The notes below the pieces were generated by a model. The model ran no database searches. It was not told the origin of the DNA and saw nothing but the letters and a program-made list of their open reading frames with translations. Shown here piece after piece: positions 8,555 through 18,035 of a stretch of DNA of 60,870 nucleotides. Source of the stretch: an uncultured Clostridia bacterium (lineage in GTDB: Bacteria > Bacillota > Clostridia > TANB77 > CAG-465); the NCBI GenBank assembly GCA_947631415.1, contig CANRLG010000005.1, positions 1 to 60,870 of the forward strand, in the 5' to 3' direction. The first letter of the stretch is position 1; every line of letters starts with the position of its first letter. A program made the position numbers and the translations under genes.

Positions 8555-10091
8555 AGAATATTTTAGTGGAGATATTTTTGAAAAAATCACGGACATATAT
8601 ATTTTCTTAGTTATAATAATCTTTCCACTTATTGTAGATTCAACGGGATTTTTTAGAATACTTGAATGTAAATATAAAGCGTTTTTAATTCTTTCTAGCG
8701 GATATATACTAGTAAATATAGTAACATATTTGTATTATCTACTAATAGAGAGAAAAAATATTTTAAAGGGAAGAAAAATATCTAAGGTACAAATTTTTGC
8801 TATTGTATTTTGGCTTGTAAATCTTGTGTCTTGTATTTTATCTCCATATAAAAGTACAGCTAATTTGTTATATGGTGTAGGCAGAGGAGAAGGACTAATA
8901 AATATGACATTGTATGTAGTAACCTTTTTATTAATTACTACATTTGGTAAATTTAAGAGAAGACATATAATGTACTTTTCAATATCTGCCATATTATTAA
9001 ATATTATTGCTATACTGCAATTTATAGGATTTAACCCATTAAATATGTATCAAGATGGGATAGGAACACATAATGTTAGCTTTATGGGTACAATAGGAAA
9101 CGTAGATTTTATTTCTGCACTTTATTGTATACTTATTACAATATCTGCTTTTGCATATATTTATATGGATAATAATAAATTTGAGAAAATTCTACACTTA
9201 GTTTCTGTCGCAATGTGTAGTTTTATATTAAATATAATAGATGTAAATAGTGGTAAAGTAGGATTACTTGCAATTATAATGTTAGCATTTCCGTTTATTA
9301 TAACTTGTTCAAAAAGATTAAGAAAAACATTAGATGTAGTAAATATGGTTATGATTGCAAATTGTATAAATGTTATAATGAATACGCAATATCATTATGA
9401 CATTGCTAAAATAGTGCTAGATTTTCAATTTAATTATATTGTTTTTCTATTCATTGTAGTTATAGTTATTTTAACGATTTTATCTAAAATACTTAAAAAT
9501 GTGGATTATGATGTATCTAGTAATAAAAAGATAATACGAAATATTTATTTATTGTATGTTGTTGGCGCACTAGTTATTGTAGCTTTTTTCTACTTTGTAG
9601 ATTTAAAAATAGGTATGTTATCTGAAATACATGAAATCCTTCATGGAAATTTAAAGGATGAATATGGTACATTTAGAGTATTTTTGTGGAGACGAACATT
9701 AAAACTTGTTAAAGATTACCCTATTTTAGGTTCAGGTTCAGATACTTTTGCAATTAGATTTATGTCGAGATTTTCAGATGATGTAGCATCTATTGGAGAA
9801 TATACCATAAATGATACAGCAGCAAACGTATATCTTACAATGTTAATTAATATTGGAGTAGTAGGATTAATAGCATATTTAGGATTATTATTTTATAGTT
9901 TCAAGGAAGTCTTAAATTTCAAATCTAAAAATTTAGTAGAAGAAAATAAAGAAAAAATGGTAATTTTATCTGCTATAACTTGCTATATAATTCAAGACTT
10001 TTTCAATTTATGGGTCGTAATTATTACACCTATATTTTGGAGTACACTTGCTTTACTTAATTTATCTGCAAAAAATGTTGAAAAAAGTTAA
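8541..10091 (+). CDS. O-antigen-ligase / Wzy_C-like polytopic membrane protein
   Basis: 516 aa, at least 10 hydrophobic segments; loop FRVFLWRRTLKLVKDYPILGSGSDTF then AANVYLTMLINIGVVG resembles the Wzy_C family signature; 14-nt overlap with the carrier protein gene. Confidence 0.6.
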   Translation: MKKIKEYFSGDIFEKITDIYIFLVIIIFPLIVDSTGFFRILECKYKAFLILSSGYILVNIVTYLYYLLIERKNILKGRKISKVQIFAIVFWLVNLVSCILSPYKSTANLLYGVGRGEGLINMTLYVVTFLLITTFGKFKRRHIMYFSISAILLNIIAILQFIGFNPLNMYQDGIGTHNVSFMGTIGNVDFISALYCILITISAFAYIYMDNNKFEKILHLVSVAMCSFILNIIDVNSGKVGLLAIIMLAFPFIITCSKRLRKTLDVVNMVMIANCINVIMNTQYHYDIAKIVLDFQFNYIVFLFIVVIVILTILSKILKNVDYDVSSNKKIIRNIYLLYVVGALVIVAFFYFVDLKIGMLSEIHEILHGNLKDEYGTFRVFLWRRTLKLVKDYPILGSGSDTFAIRFMSRFSDDVASIGEYTINDTAANVYLTMLINIGVVGLIAYLGLLFYSFKEVLNFKSKNLVEENKEKMVILSAITCYIIQDFFNLWVVIITPIFWSTLALLNLSAKNVEKS

Positions 10092-10128
10092 AATTAAAAA
10101 TATAATTTATTATATAGAGGTGTAATAT

Positions 10129-11904
10129 ATGAAAGAACAAAAGAAAAAAATATTTACATGGAGAATAAATTTATTTATTTTTCTAATTTTCTCACTTGGA
10201 TGTATTTTTGGAGTAGCAATTTCAGGAATACAAATTCCTTCACTTGAAGGTTATTTGATGTCTAAAGCTACTACAATAACAACAAATAGTTACCAAGAGA
10301 TTGAAGCAGACCCATCTTGTTATGCTACTAGTCCAAATGCAACTTGCAGTGATGTAGATTATGGCAATGCGACTAGTCCAAATGCTACAAGTGATGATGC
10401 TAGAGATGATTTTATATTATTAACACAACTTACAGCAGAAAATACTTCAGCACAGGCTGGACAAAGAATATATTTACATTGTTATACTTACGGAAATTGT
10501 TTAAATGGTGCAACTTTAACTTTTTATAATAACAATATAGGTTTAGGATTTACTTCACAATTAGAATTTGAAGGAGATACTACATTTATAACAATACCAG
10601 AAGAAACAGTTCCAGCTACTTATGATTTTTCATCAATAATACTTAATGCAACTTCTTATGGCTCAGGAACATTTACAAAAATGTATGGAGCAAATGACAT
10701 AGAAAATAAATTAAGTATAACTGTAGAAAAAAATGAAAGTATAAAAGATATAGAGCTTAAGAAAATAGACTTTGAAAAGGATGAAATAGCAATAGGTGAA
10801 AACCTAGGAGTTATATTACAAACAGATGTAGAAGTTAGTAGTGCTAAATTTACATTTAAGAATACTCAAACAGAACAGTTAGTTACTGCATATATGAAAA
10901 AAGATGGTGGAAAAGACTATATTAGTTTTGCAAGCAGTACAAAAGAAGGTACTTATGAGTTAACAAAACTAGTATTATCTAATTCAAATTCAACAACAAT
11001 ATATTCAAAAGATGAAGACCAATCTTCAATAGCATATAATTTTGATAACAAAATAAAAGTAAATAGTGGAGATAATACTACTCTTGAATATAATAATGAA
11101 GAAATTACATCAGATGATGTAACTGAAATTGCTACATCTAATAATGTACAACGCGTTATAATAAATGCAGATACAAAATCTGTAATTTCAGAAGATATCT
11201 TTAATGCAGTAAAAGGAAAAACAATTGAATTAATAATTAATTATAAGGGAAATCAATTTATATTTATTGGTCAAGAGATAACAACAACAAAAGATATAGA
11301 TGTAAGTATCAAGTCATATTCTTTAGTTTCAAGATTTGATGAGATAAAAAATTTTGTAGGAGAAAATGGAGTAGTTGTTAACTTTGCTTCAAATGGTAAT
11401 TTACCAAGTAAAGCTAGAATAAAGATTAAACAAACTTCTGAAATGAAAACTGTTTTAGGTTCAAATAGCATATATGTATATTACTATGATGATTTAACAC
11501 AAAAATTTGAAGAAGTAGTAAATAATCTTGTAGCAGATTCTGATGGATATTATACATTCTCAGTTACACATAATTCTAAATTCTTGTTTACAACAGAAAA
11601 ATTAGATGATAGTTTACTTCAAGAAACAGAGGATGAAAATGTAGTTAGTTTCTTAATGAGCAATAAAGTATATTTAATATTAATAATATTAGCTTTAGTT
11701 TTAATAGTTGTTGTAATAGTAATTATAATTGTATATAACAAGAAGAAAAAAGAAGTTACTAATACACCAGTTGCTCCAAAGAAAGAAGATTATCTAACAG
11801 ATAAAAAAATAGAGGAGATAAAAACTGAAGAAGTAAATGAGGATAGCAAAGACACTCAAAAAGAAGAATTACAAGAAAATAACGAAGATAAAAAAGAAGA
11901 ATAA
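10129..11904 (+). CDS. surface protein with N-terminal signal/anchor, two beta-rich modules, C-terminal TM and KE-rich cytoplasmic tail
   Basis: 591-aa ORF; hydrophobic N-terminus; TSPNAT direct repeat; TM VYLILIILALVLIVVVIVIIIVY followed by NKKKKE and an acidic/lysine-rich tail. Confidence 0.6.
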   Translation: MKEQKKKIFTWRINLFIFLIFSLGCIFGVAISGIQIPSLEGYLMSKATTITTNSYQEIEADPSCYATSPNATCSDVDYGNATSPNATSDDARDDFILLTQLTAENTSAQAGQRIYLHCYTYGNCLNGATLTFYNNNIGLGFTSQLEFEGDTTFITIPEETVPATYDFSSIILNATSYGSGTFTKMYGANDIENKLSITVEKNESIKDIELKKIDFEKDEIAIGENLGVILQTDVEVSSAKFTFKNTQTEQLVTAYMKKDGGKDYISFASSTKEGTYELTKLVLSNSNSTTIYSKDEDQSSIAYNFDNKIKVNSGDNTTLEYNNEEITSDDVTEIATSNNVQRVIINADTKSVISEDIFNAVKGKTIELIINYKGNQFIFIGQEITTTKDIDVSIKSYSLVSRFDEIKNFVGENGVVVNFASNGNLPSKARIKIKQTSEMKTVLGSNSIYVYYYDDLTQKFEEVVNNLVADSDGYYTFSVTHNSKFLFTTEKLDDSLLQETEDENVVSFLMSNKVYLILIILALVLIVVVIVIIIVYNKKKKEVTNTPVAPKKEDYLTDKKIEEIKTEEVNEDSKDTQKEELQENNEDKKEE

Positions 11905-11921
11905 ATGTGATATAAATTAGT

Positions 11922-11954
11922 AGAGGAATAGTTAAATATTCCTTTACTTTTTTT
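11922..11954 (+). terminator. intrinsic terminator
   Basis: stem AGAGGAATA/TATTCCTTT with 6-nt loop, followed by AC and T7. Confidence 0.7.
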
Positions 11955-12041
11955 ATATAAATAAATTTTTTTTATTGAATACAAAATTAGATAATTTTAG
12001 ACTTTAACTCTTTAAAAATAGCTAGATATAGGCATTTGTAC

Positions 12042-12070
12042 TTGACAGAAAAAATCATTTAAAGTATAAT
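12042..12070 (+). promoter_or_regulatory. sigma-A type promoter for gatCAB
   Basis: TTGACA (12042-12047), exact 17-nt spacer, TATAAT (12065-12070). Confidence 0.7.
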
Positions 12071-12098
12071 AAACAGTATATGTAAAGGGGGCTTTTAG

Positions 12099-12386
12099 AT
12101 GAGCGTATCAAAAGAAGATGTATTGCATATTGCAAAACTTTCAAAATTAAATTTAACAGATGAAGAACTAGAAATGTATACTAAAGATTTATCTAGTATC
12201 GTAGATTTTGCAAATCAACTTTCTAGTATAGATGTTGAAGGTGTTAAACCAACAGCACATATATTAAATATACAAAATGTATTTAGAAAAGATGTAATGC
12301 AACCATCATTTGACAGAGAAGAAATACTTAAAAATGCACCTAGTAAAGATGCAGGATGTATAAGTGTTCCTAAAGTTGTAGAGTAG
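12099..12386 (+). CDS. gatC: Asp/Glu-tRNA amidotransferase subunit C
   Basis: 95-aa ORF (HIAKLSKLNLTDEE... pattern) immediately upstream of gatA and gatB. Confidence 0.9.
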   Translation: MSVSKEDVLHIAKLSKLNLTDEELEMYTKDLSSIVDFANQLSSIDVEGVKPTAHILNIQNVFRKDVMQPSFDREEILKNAPSKDAGCISVPKVVE

Positions 12387-12397
12387 GAGGAATAATA

Positions 12398-13876
12398 ATG
12401 GATTTATACAGCTTAACTTTGACTGAAATAGCAAAGAAGATAAAAGAAAAAGAAGTAACTATAAAAGAAGTATTAGATAGTGTCTACTCTCGTATAGATG
12501 ATAAAGAGGCACAAGTAGATGCGTATCTTACATTAACTCGTGAAAGTGCATATAAAAAGGCACAAGAGTTACAAGATAGATTAGATAACGGAGAAGATAT
12601 TGGGGTACTTGGTGGTGTTCCAATAGCTATAAAAGATAATATTTGTATAAAAGGTGTAAAAACAACATGTGCTTCAAGAATGCTTGAAAATTATGAGCCA
12701 ATATATAATGCAACAGTAATTGAAAAACTAGAAAATGCTGGAGCTATAGTTCTTGGAAAAACAAATATGGATGAATTTGCAATGGGTTCATCAACAGAAA
12801 CATCATATTTTAAGAAAACTAAAAATCCATGGGATTTAACTAGAGTTCCTGGTGGTTCATCAGGTGGAAGCGCAGCTGCTGTAAGTGCAGATATGGCTTA
12901 TGCAGCACTTGGTTCAGATACAGGTGGTTCAATTCGTCAACCTGCTTCATTCTGTTCTGTAGTAGGTTTAAAACCAACTTATGGATTAGTTTCAAGATTT
13001 GGAATAGTTGCTTATGCATCATCACTAGACCAAATAGGTCCTTTTGGAAAAACAGTTGAAGATGTTGCTACTATGTTAAATGTAATATCTGGACATGATG
13101 AAAAAGATACTACTTCAGCAAATTTAGAAGAAAAAGATTATACTAAAGCATTAGTAAATGATATAAAAGGAAAAGTAGTTGGTATTCCAACAGATTTTAT
13201 TTCTACAGGTTTAAATGAAGAAGTAAAGATGGCGTATGAGAGTGCTATTGAAACATTAAAATCTCTAGGTGCACAAGTTAAAGAAATATCTTTAAAAACA
13301 GCAAAGAACTGTCTACCAACATATTATATAATTGCTGATGCAGAAGCATCATCTAACCTAGGAAGATATGATGGAATTAGATATGGTCATAGAGCAAAAG
13401 AATTTAGCGATTTAGATGATTTATATAAAAAATCTAGAACAGAAGGTTTTGGAGCAGAAGTAAAAAGAAGAATTATGCTTGGTACTTACGTATTAAGTGC
13501 AGGATATTATGATGCATATTATAAAAGAGCACAACAAGTTAGAACATTAATTGTGGATGAATTTAAAAAAGCTTTTGAAGATGTAGATGTTATTATGATA
13601 CCTACAGCTCCAAATACTTCATTTAAGTTTGGAGCACATGATGCATCTCCTCTTGAAATGTACTTAGAGGATATGTTTACTGTACCAGTAAACGTTGCTG
13701 GTCTTCCTGGAATTAGTATTCCTGGTGGTTTTGCAAAATCAAATAATATGCCAATTGGTATTCAATTTATTGCCAATGCTTTTGATGAGGAGAACTTATT
13801 AAGATTTGCATATACATTTGAGCAAAATACAAAATACCATGAAGCTAAACCACAATTTATAAAGGAGGACAAATAA
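12398..13876 (+). CDS. gatA: Asp/Glu-tRNA amidotransferase subunit A
   Basis: amidase signature GGSSGGSAAAV...GSDTGGSIRQPA. Confidence 0.95.
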   Translation: MDLYSLTLTEIAKKIKEKEVTIKEVLDSVYSRIDDKEAQVDAYLTLTRESAYKKAQELQDRLDNGEDIGVLGGVPIAIKDNICIKGVKTTCASRMLENYEPIYNATVIEKLENAGAIVLGKTNMDEFAMGSSTETSYFKKTKNPWDLTRVPGGSSGGSAAAVSADMAYAALGSDTGGSIRQPASFCSVVGLKPTYGLVSRFGIVAYASSLDQIGPFGKTVEDVATMLNVISGHDEKDTTSANLEEKDYTKALVNDIKGKVVGIPTDFISTGLNEEVKMAYESAIETLKSLGAQVKEISLKTAKNCLPTYYIIADAEASSNLGRYDGIRYGHRAKEFSDLDDLYKKSRTEGFGAEVKRRIMLGTYVLSAGYYDAYYKRAQQVRTLIVDEFKKAFEDVDVIMIPTAPNTSFKFGAHDASPLEMYLEDMFTVPVNVAGLPGISIPGGFAKSNNMPIGIQFIANAFDEENLLRFAYTFEQNTKYHEAKPQFIKEDK

Positions 13877-13878
13877 TA

Positions 13879-15312
13879 ATGAAAGATTATGAAGTAATAA
13901 TAGGACTTGAAGTTCATGCAGAACTTTCAACAAATACTAAAATGTACTGTAATTGTTCAACATCATTTGGTGCAGACCCAAATACACATTGTTGTCCAAT
14001 TTGTACTGGTATGCCTGGTGTTCTTCCAGTATTAAATGAAAAAGTTGTAGAATATGCTGTAAAAGCTGGTCTTGCAACTAATTGTGATATTTCAAGATTT
14101 TCAAAACAAGATAGAAAAAATTATTTTTATCCAGACTTACCAAAAGCATATCAGACATCACAATATGACCTTCCTTTATGTTTAGGAGGACATTTAGATA
14201 TTAATGTAAATGGTGAGAAAAAGAGAATTGGTATTACAAGAATTCATATAGAAGAAGATGCAGGTAAATTAATACATGATGCATATACTGGAGATACTTT
14301 AGTAGATATGAATAGATGTGCTGTTCCACTTATTGAAATAGTTTCTGAACCAGATATTAGAAACGCAGATGAAGCAGTAGCATATATGCAAACTTTAAAA
14401 TCTATACTAGAATACTTAAATGTATGTGATTGTAAAATGCAAGAAGGTTCACTTAGATGTGATGTTAATCTATCAGTAAGACCTGTAGGACAAAAAGAAT
14501 TTGGAACAAGAACAGAAACAAAGAATTTGAATTCATTTAAAGCAATACATAACTTAATTGAATTTGAAACAAATAGACAAATAAAAGTTATTGAAGAAGG
14601 TGGAAAAATAAAACAGGAAACTATAAGATGGGATGATGCAAAAGGAATTGGTTATGCAATGCGTGCAAAAGAAGATGCTCATGATTATAGATATTTCCCA
14701 GAACCAGATTTAGCACCTATCGTATTAAGTGATGAATATGTAAATAATATAAAAGACAATTTACCAGAAATGCCTCATATTAAGAAAGAAAGATATATGA
14801 AAGAATTTTCTTTACCAGAATATGATGCAGATATATTAACTTCATCAATTAAATCTGCAAATTTCTTTGAAAAAGCAAACGATATTTGTAATAATCCAAA
14901 AGCTGTTGCAAACTGGATTATGGGAGATTTTGCAAGAATGTTAAATGAAAAAGAAATAGAAATAGATGAATCAAAAGTTACTCCAGAAAATCTTGCAGAA
15001 CTTATAAATTTAATAGATAAAGGAACAATATCATCAAAAATAGCTAAACAAGTTTTTGAAGATATGTTTGAAAGTGGAGAAAATGCTAAAGAAATAGTTG
15101 AGAAAAAAGGACTTGTTCAAATGTCAGATGAGGGAGCAATAAAAGAACTAGTAGAAAAGGTAGTTCAAGCAAATCCTCAATCTATAGCAGACTATAAAGC
15201 AGGAAAAGATAAAGCTATAGGATTTCTTGTTGGACAAATCATGAAAGAAACTAAAGGAAAAGCAAATCCACAAATTGTAAATAAGTTGTTACTTGAAATA
15301 ATAAATAAATAG
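13879..15312 (+). CDS. gatB: Asp/Glu-tRNA amidotransferase subunit B
   Basis: IGLEVHAEL N-terminus, zinc-site CPxC, C-terminal GatB/YqeY domain. Confidence 0.95.
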   Translation: MKDYEVIIGLEVHAELSTNTKMYCNCSTSFGADPNTHCCPICTGMPGVLPVLNEKVVEYAVKAGLATNCDISRFSKQDRKNYFYPDLPKAYQTSQYDLPLCLGGHLDINVNGEKKRIGITRIHIEEDAGKLIHDAYTGDTLVDMNRCAVPLIEIVSEPDIRNADEAVAYMQTLKSILEYLNVCDCKMQEGSLRCDVNLSVRPVGQKEFGTRTETKNLNSFKAIHNLIEFETNRQIKVIEEGGKIKQETIRWDDAKGIGYAMRAKEDAHDYRYFPEPDLAPIVLSDEYVNNIKDNLPEMPHIKKERYMKEFSLPEYDADILTSSIKSANFFEKANDICNNPKAVANWIMGDFARMLNEKEIEIDESKVTPENLAELINLIDKGTISSKIAKQVFEDMFESGENAKEIVEKKGLVQMSDEGAIKELVEKVVQANPQSIADYKAGKDKAIGFLVGQIMKETKGKANPQIVNKLLLEIINK

Positions 15313-15353
15313 TGTATAATATTAATATATGAATTTTTAAGGGAGTGATAGTA

Positions 15354-15845
15354 ATGAAAAAAACAAATGTTATACTGACTTGTGTTATAGCTGTCTTTGT
15401 TATATCTGCTGTTATAGTTTTAACAGTAGCATTGATGAGTAATATTGAAAAAGATGTAGTACCAGTAGATTTGGATTTAACACTACTATCAACAAACATT
15501 GAAGATTCAACAGATTTAGATAATGCTAATCTTCAAGCTATTACTATGGAAGATTTAACAGATAAGTTCTATATAAAACAAGAATGGGTTAAAGATTTTA
15601 TTGGAAAAGTTCCTTCAGTAAATATTAGTTCTAATATGTACATAATAATTGAAGCAACAGAGGGGAATGTAGAAAACATTAAACAAGCATTCAGAGATTA
15701 TGGTGATACTTACGAAGAACTATGGAAAGATTATCTTGCAGAAGATTATGAACTTGTTCAAAATCGTAAAATCGGTTCTAAAGGAAACTATGTATACTTT
15801 ATTGTAGATGTTTATTCAGAAGACATAGTAGACTTAATTAAATAA
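15354..15845 (+). CDS. membrane-anchored hypothetical protein (DUF4358-like)
   Basis: N-terminal TM; overall pattern recalls DUF4358 proteins of Clostridia; start set at ATG 15354 after GGGAG. Confidence 0.4.
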   Translation: MKKTNVILTCVIAVFVISAVIVLTVALMSNIEKDVVPVDLDLTLLSTNIEDSTDLDNANLQAITMEDLTDKFYIKQEWVKDFIGKVPSVNISSNMYIIIEATEGNVENIKQAFRDYGDTYEELWKDYLAEDYELVQNRKIGSKGNYVYFIVDVYSEDIVDLIK

Positions 15846-15850
15846 ATAAT

Positions 15851-15887
15851 AAAAAACTCTAGAGATTTAGTTCTTTAGAGTTTTTTT
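15851..15887 (+). terminator. intrinsic terminator
   Basis: AAAAAACTCTAGAG / CTTTAGAGTTTTTTT stem-loop followed by a T-run. Confidence 0.75.
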
Positions 15888-15966
15888 GTGCCTAAATTAA
15901 ATAATTTTGGATACTAATATAATTGAATAAACACTTGTTTTAGTGTATAATTTATGTGGTGATATA

Positions 15967-18027
15967 ATGGAAAAAAGTATAAATTTGGATACTAGTGTGC
16001 AATATTTAAAAGGCGTAGGTCCAAAGATGTTTGAACTGTTAAATAAACTTGGAATTTATACAGTAAAAGATTTAATAGAATACTACCCTAGAACGTATGA
16101 AGATAGAACTAAGGTAGTTAAGATAGATGAGTTTGAAAAAGATAAAAATGTGTTGTTTTTTGGAACTGTGGTAAAACCTGTATCAGTTGTATATGCAAGA
16201 AAGAAAAAAATAATATCAACTGTTGTAACAGATGATACAGGCTCACTTGCATTTTTAACATGGTATAATCAAATATACATAAAAGATAGGTTAAAAGAAG
16301 GACAAACATATCTTTTCTTTGGAAAAGTATCTAATATTATTGGAAGTAGAGTAAATTTAGAGTCTTGTAGTATATATGATGTTTCTCAACTTGAAAAGAT
16401 ACAAGGTTTATACCCTATATACAGTCTAACAGCTGGAATTACTCAGAATTATCTATTTAAAATAATAAGCGAACTTTTAGAGAAAAACATAATGTTAACA
16501 GATATTTTTTCTACCGAATTTAGAACAAAATATGGTTTAGTTGAAAAAAATTATGCAGTGCAAAATGTACATTTTCCTAAGTCATATAATATGGTAGAAA
16601 GTGCTAGAAATAGGATAATCTTTGAAGAACTTTTTTTATTTCAATTAGCTCTTTTTAATATGAAAGAAAATAATTTAGTAGAAACAAAGACAAATATATA
16701 TAAAGATTTAGATGATAGCGAATTTAGAAAAATAATTCCTTTTGAACTAACTAATGCTCAAAAAAGAGTAGTTGAACAAATAAAAAAAGACTTAAGCTCA
16801 AATATTGTAATGAATAGACTTGTACAAGGAGATGTAGGCTCAGGAAAAACTATGGTAGCAGCTATTGCAATGTATCTAGCGGTAAAAAATGGTTATCAAG
16901 CAGCAATTATGGCACCTACAACAATTCTTGCAAATCAACATTATAATGAGTTATCCGTGTATTTTGAAAAACTAGGCATGAGAGCAGAGATAATAACTTC
17001 TGCTACTACTAAAAGAAATAAGGAAAAAATTGTAGAAAGATTAAAGAATAATGAAATAGACATATTAATTGGAACTCACTCTATAATAGAGGATAATATT
17101 GAATTTAGTAATTTAGGACTTGTTGTAACAGATGAACAACATAGATTTGGTGTTAAACAAAGAATGAAACTTTCAACCAAAGGAAAAGTAGTAGATACAC
17201 TTGTTATGACAGCAACACCAATACCTCGTTCACTTGCAATTATCTTGTATGGAGATTTAGACCTCTCAATTATAGATGAATTACCACCAGGAAGAAAACC
17301 AATAGATACATGCGTAGTAGATGATTCATATAATCAGAGAGTATATAATTTTCTAAGGAAACAAATAAAAGAGGGAAGACAGGTATATGTAGTATGTCCT
17401 TTAGTAGAAGAAAATGAAGATTTAGACTTAAATTCAGTGGAAAGTCTGTACGAGGAATATAAACAAGAATTTTCAGAGTATAATGTAGCAATACTTCATG
17501 GAAAGATGAAGAATAAAGAAAAAGACAATATTATGCAGGAGTTTAAAGAAAATAATATAAATATTTTAATCTCTACTACTGTTATCGAGGTTGGTATTAG
17601 TGTACCAAATGCTACAGTAATGGTAATAGAAAATGCAGATAGGTTTGGTCTTGCAGCATTGCACCAACTTCGTGGTAGAGTTGGTAGAGGAAGTTCAGCT
17701 TCGTATTGTATCCTAAAAAGTAACAATAAATCTGTAATTGCTAGACAAAGACTTGGAATAATGAAAGAAAGTAATGATGGCTTTTTAATTGCTAGAAAGG
17801 ACTTAGAGTTAAGAGGTCCAGGAGATTTCTTTGGAATAAGACAGTCTGGAATGCCAGAATTTAAACTTGCAAATTTATTAACAGATACTAAGGTACTTGA
17901 AAAAACTCAAGAAGCGGTAAAAGAGTTAATTGAAAAAGATAAAAAACTAGAACTACCTGAAAATATTAGAATAAGAAATGAATTATATAGTAAATATGGC
18001 GAACAATTAACTAAAATAGTAGGATAG
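15967..18027 (+). CDS. recG: ATP-dependent DNA helicase RecG
   Basis: wedge-domain N-terminus, Walker A GDVGSGKT, DEQHRFG, QLRGRVGRG; start set at ATG 15967 rather than GTG 15943. Confidence 0.93.
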   Translation: MEKSINLDTSVQYLKGVGPKMFELLNKLGIYTVKDLIEYYPRTYEDRTKVVKIDEFEKDKNVLFFGTVVKPVSVVYARKKKIISTVVTDDTGSLAFLTWYNQIYIKDRLKEGQTYLFFGKVSNIIGSRVNLESCSIYDVSQLEKIQGLYPIYSLTAGITQNYLFKIISELLEKNIMLTDIFSTEFRTKYGLVEKNYAVQNVHFPKSYNMVESARNRIIFEELFLFQLALFNMKENNLVETKTNIYKDLDDSEFRKIIPFELTNAQKRVVEQIKKDLSSNIVMNRLVQGDVGSGKTMVAAIAMYLAVKNGYQAAIMAPTTILANQHYNELSVYFEKLGMRAEIITSATTKRNKEKIVERLKNNEIDILIGTHSIIEDNIEFSNLGLVVTDEQHRFGVKQRMKLSTKGKVVDTLVMTATPIPRSLAIILYGDLDLSIIDELPPGRKPIDTCVVDDSYNQRVYNFLRKQIKEGRQVYVVCPLVEENEDLDLNSVESLYEEYKQEFSEYNVAILHGKMKNKEKDNIMQEFKENNINILISTTVIEVGISVPNATVMVIENADRFGLAALHQLRGRVGRGSSASYCILKSNNKSVIARQRLGIMKESNDGFLIARKDLELRGPGDFFGIRQSGMPEFKLANLLTDTKVLEKTQEAVKELIEKDKKLELPENIRIRNELYSKYGEQLTKIVG

Positions 18028-18035
18028 GAGAGAGT

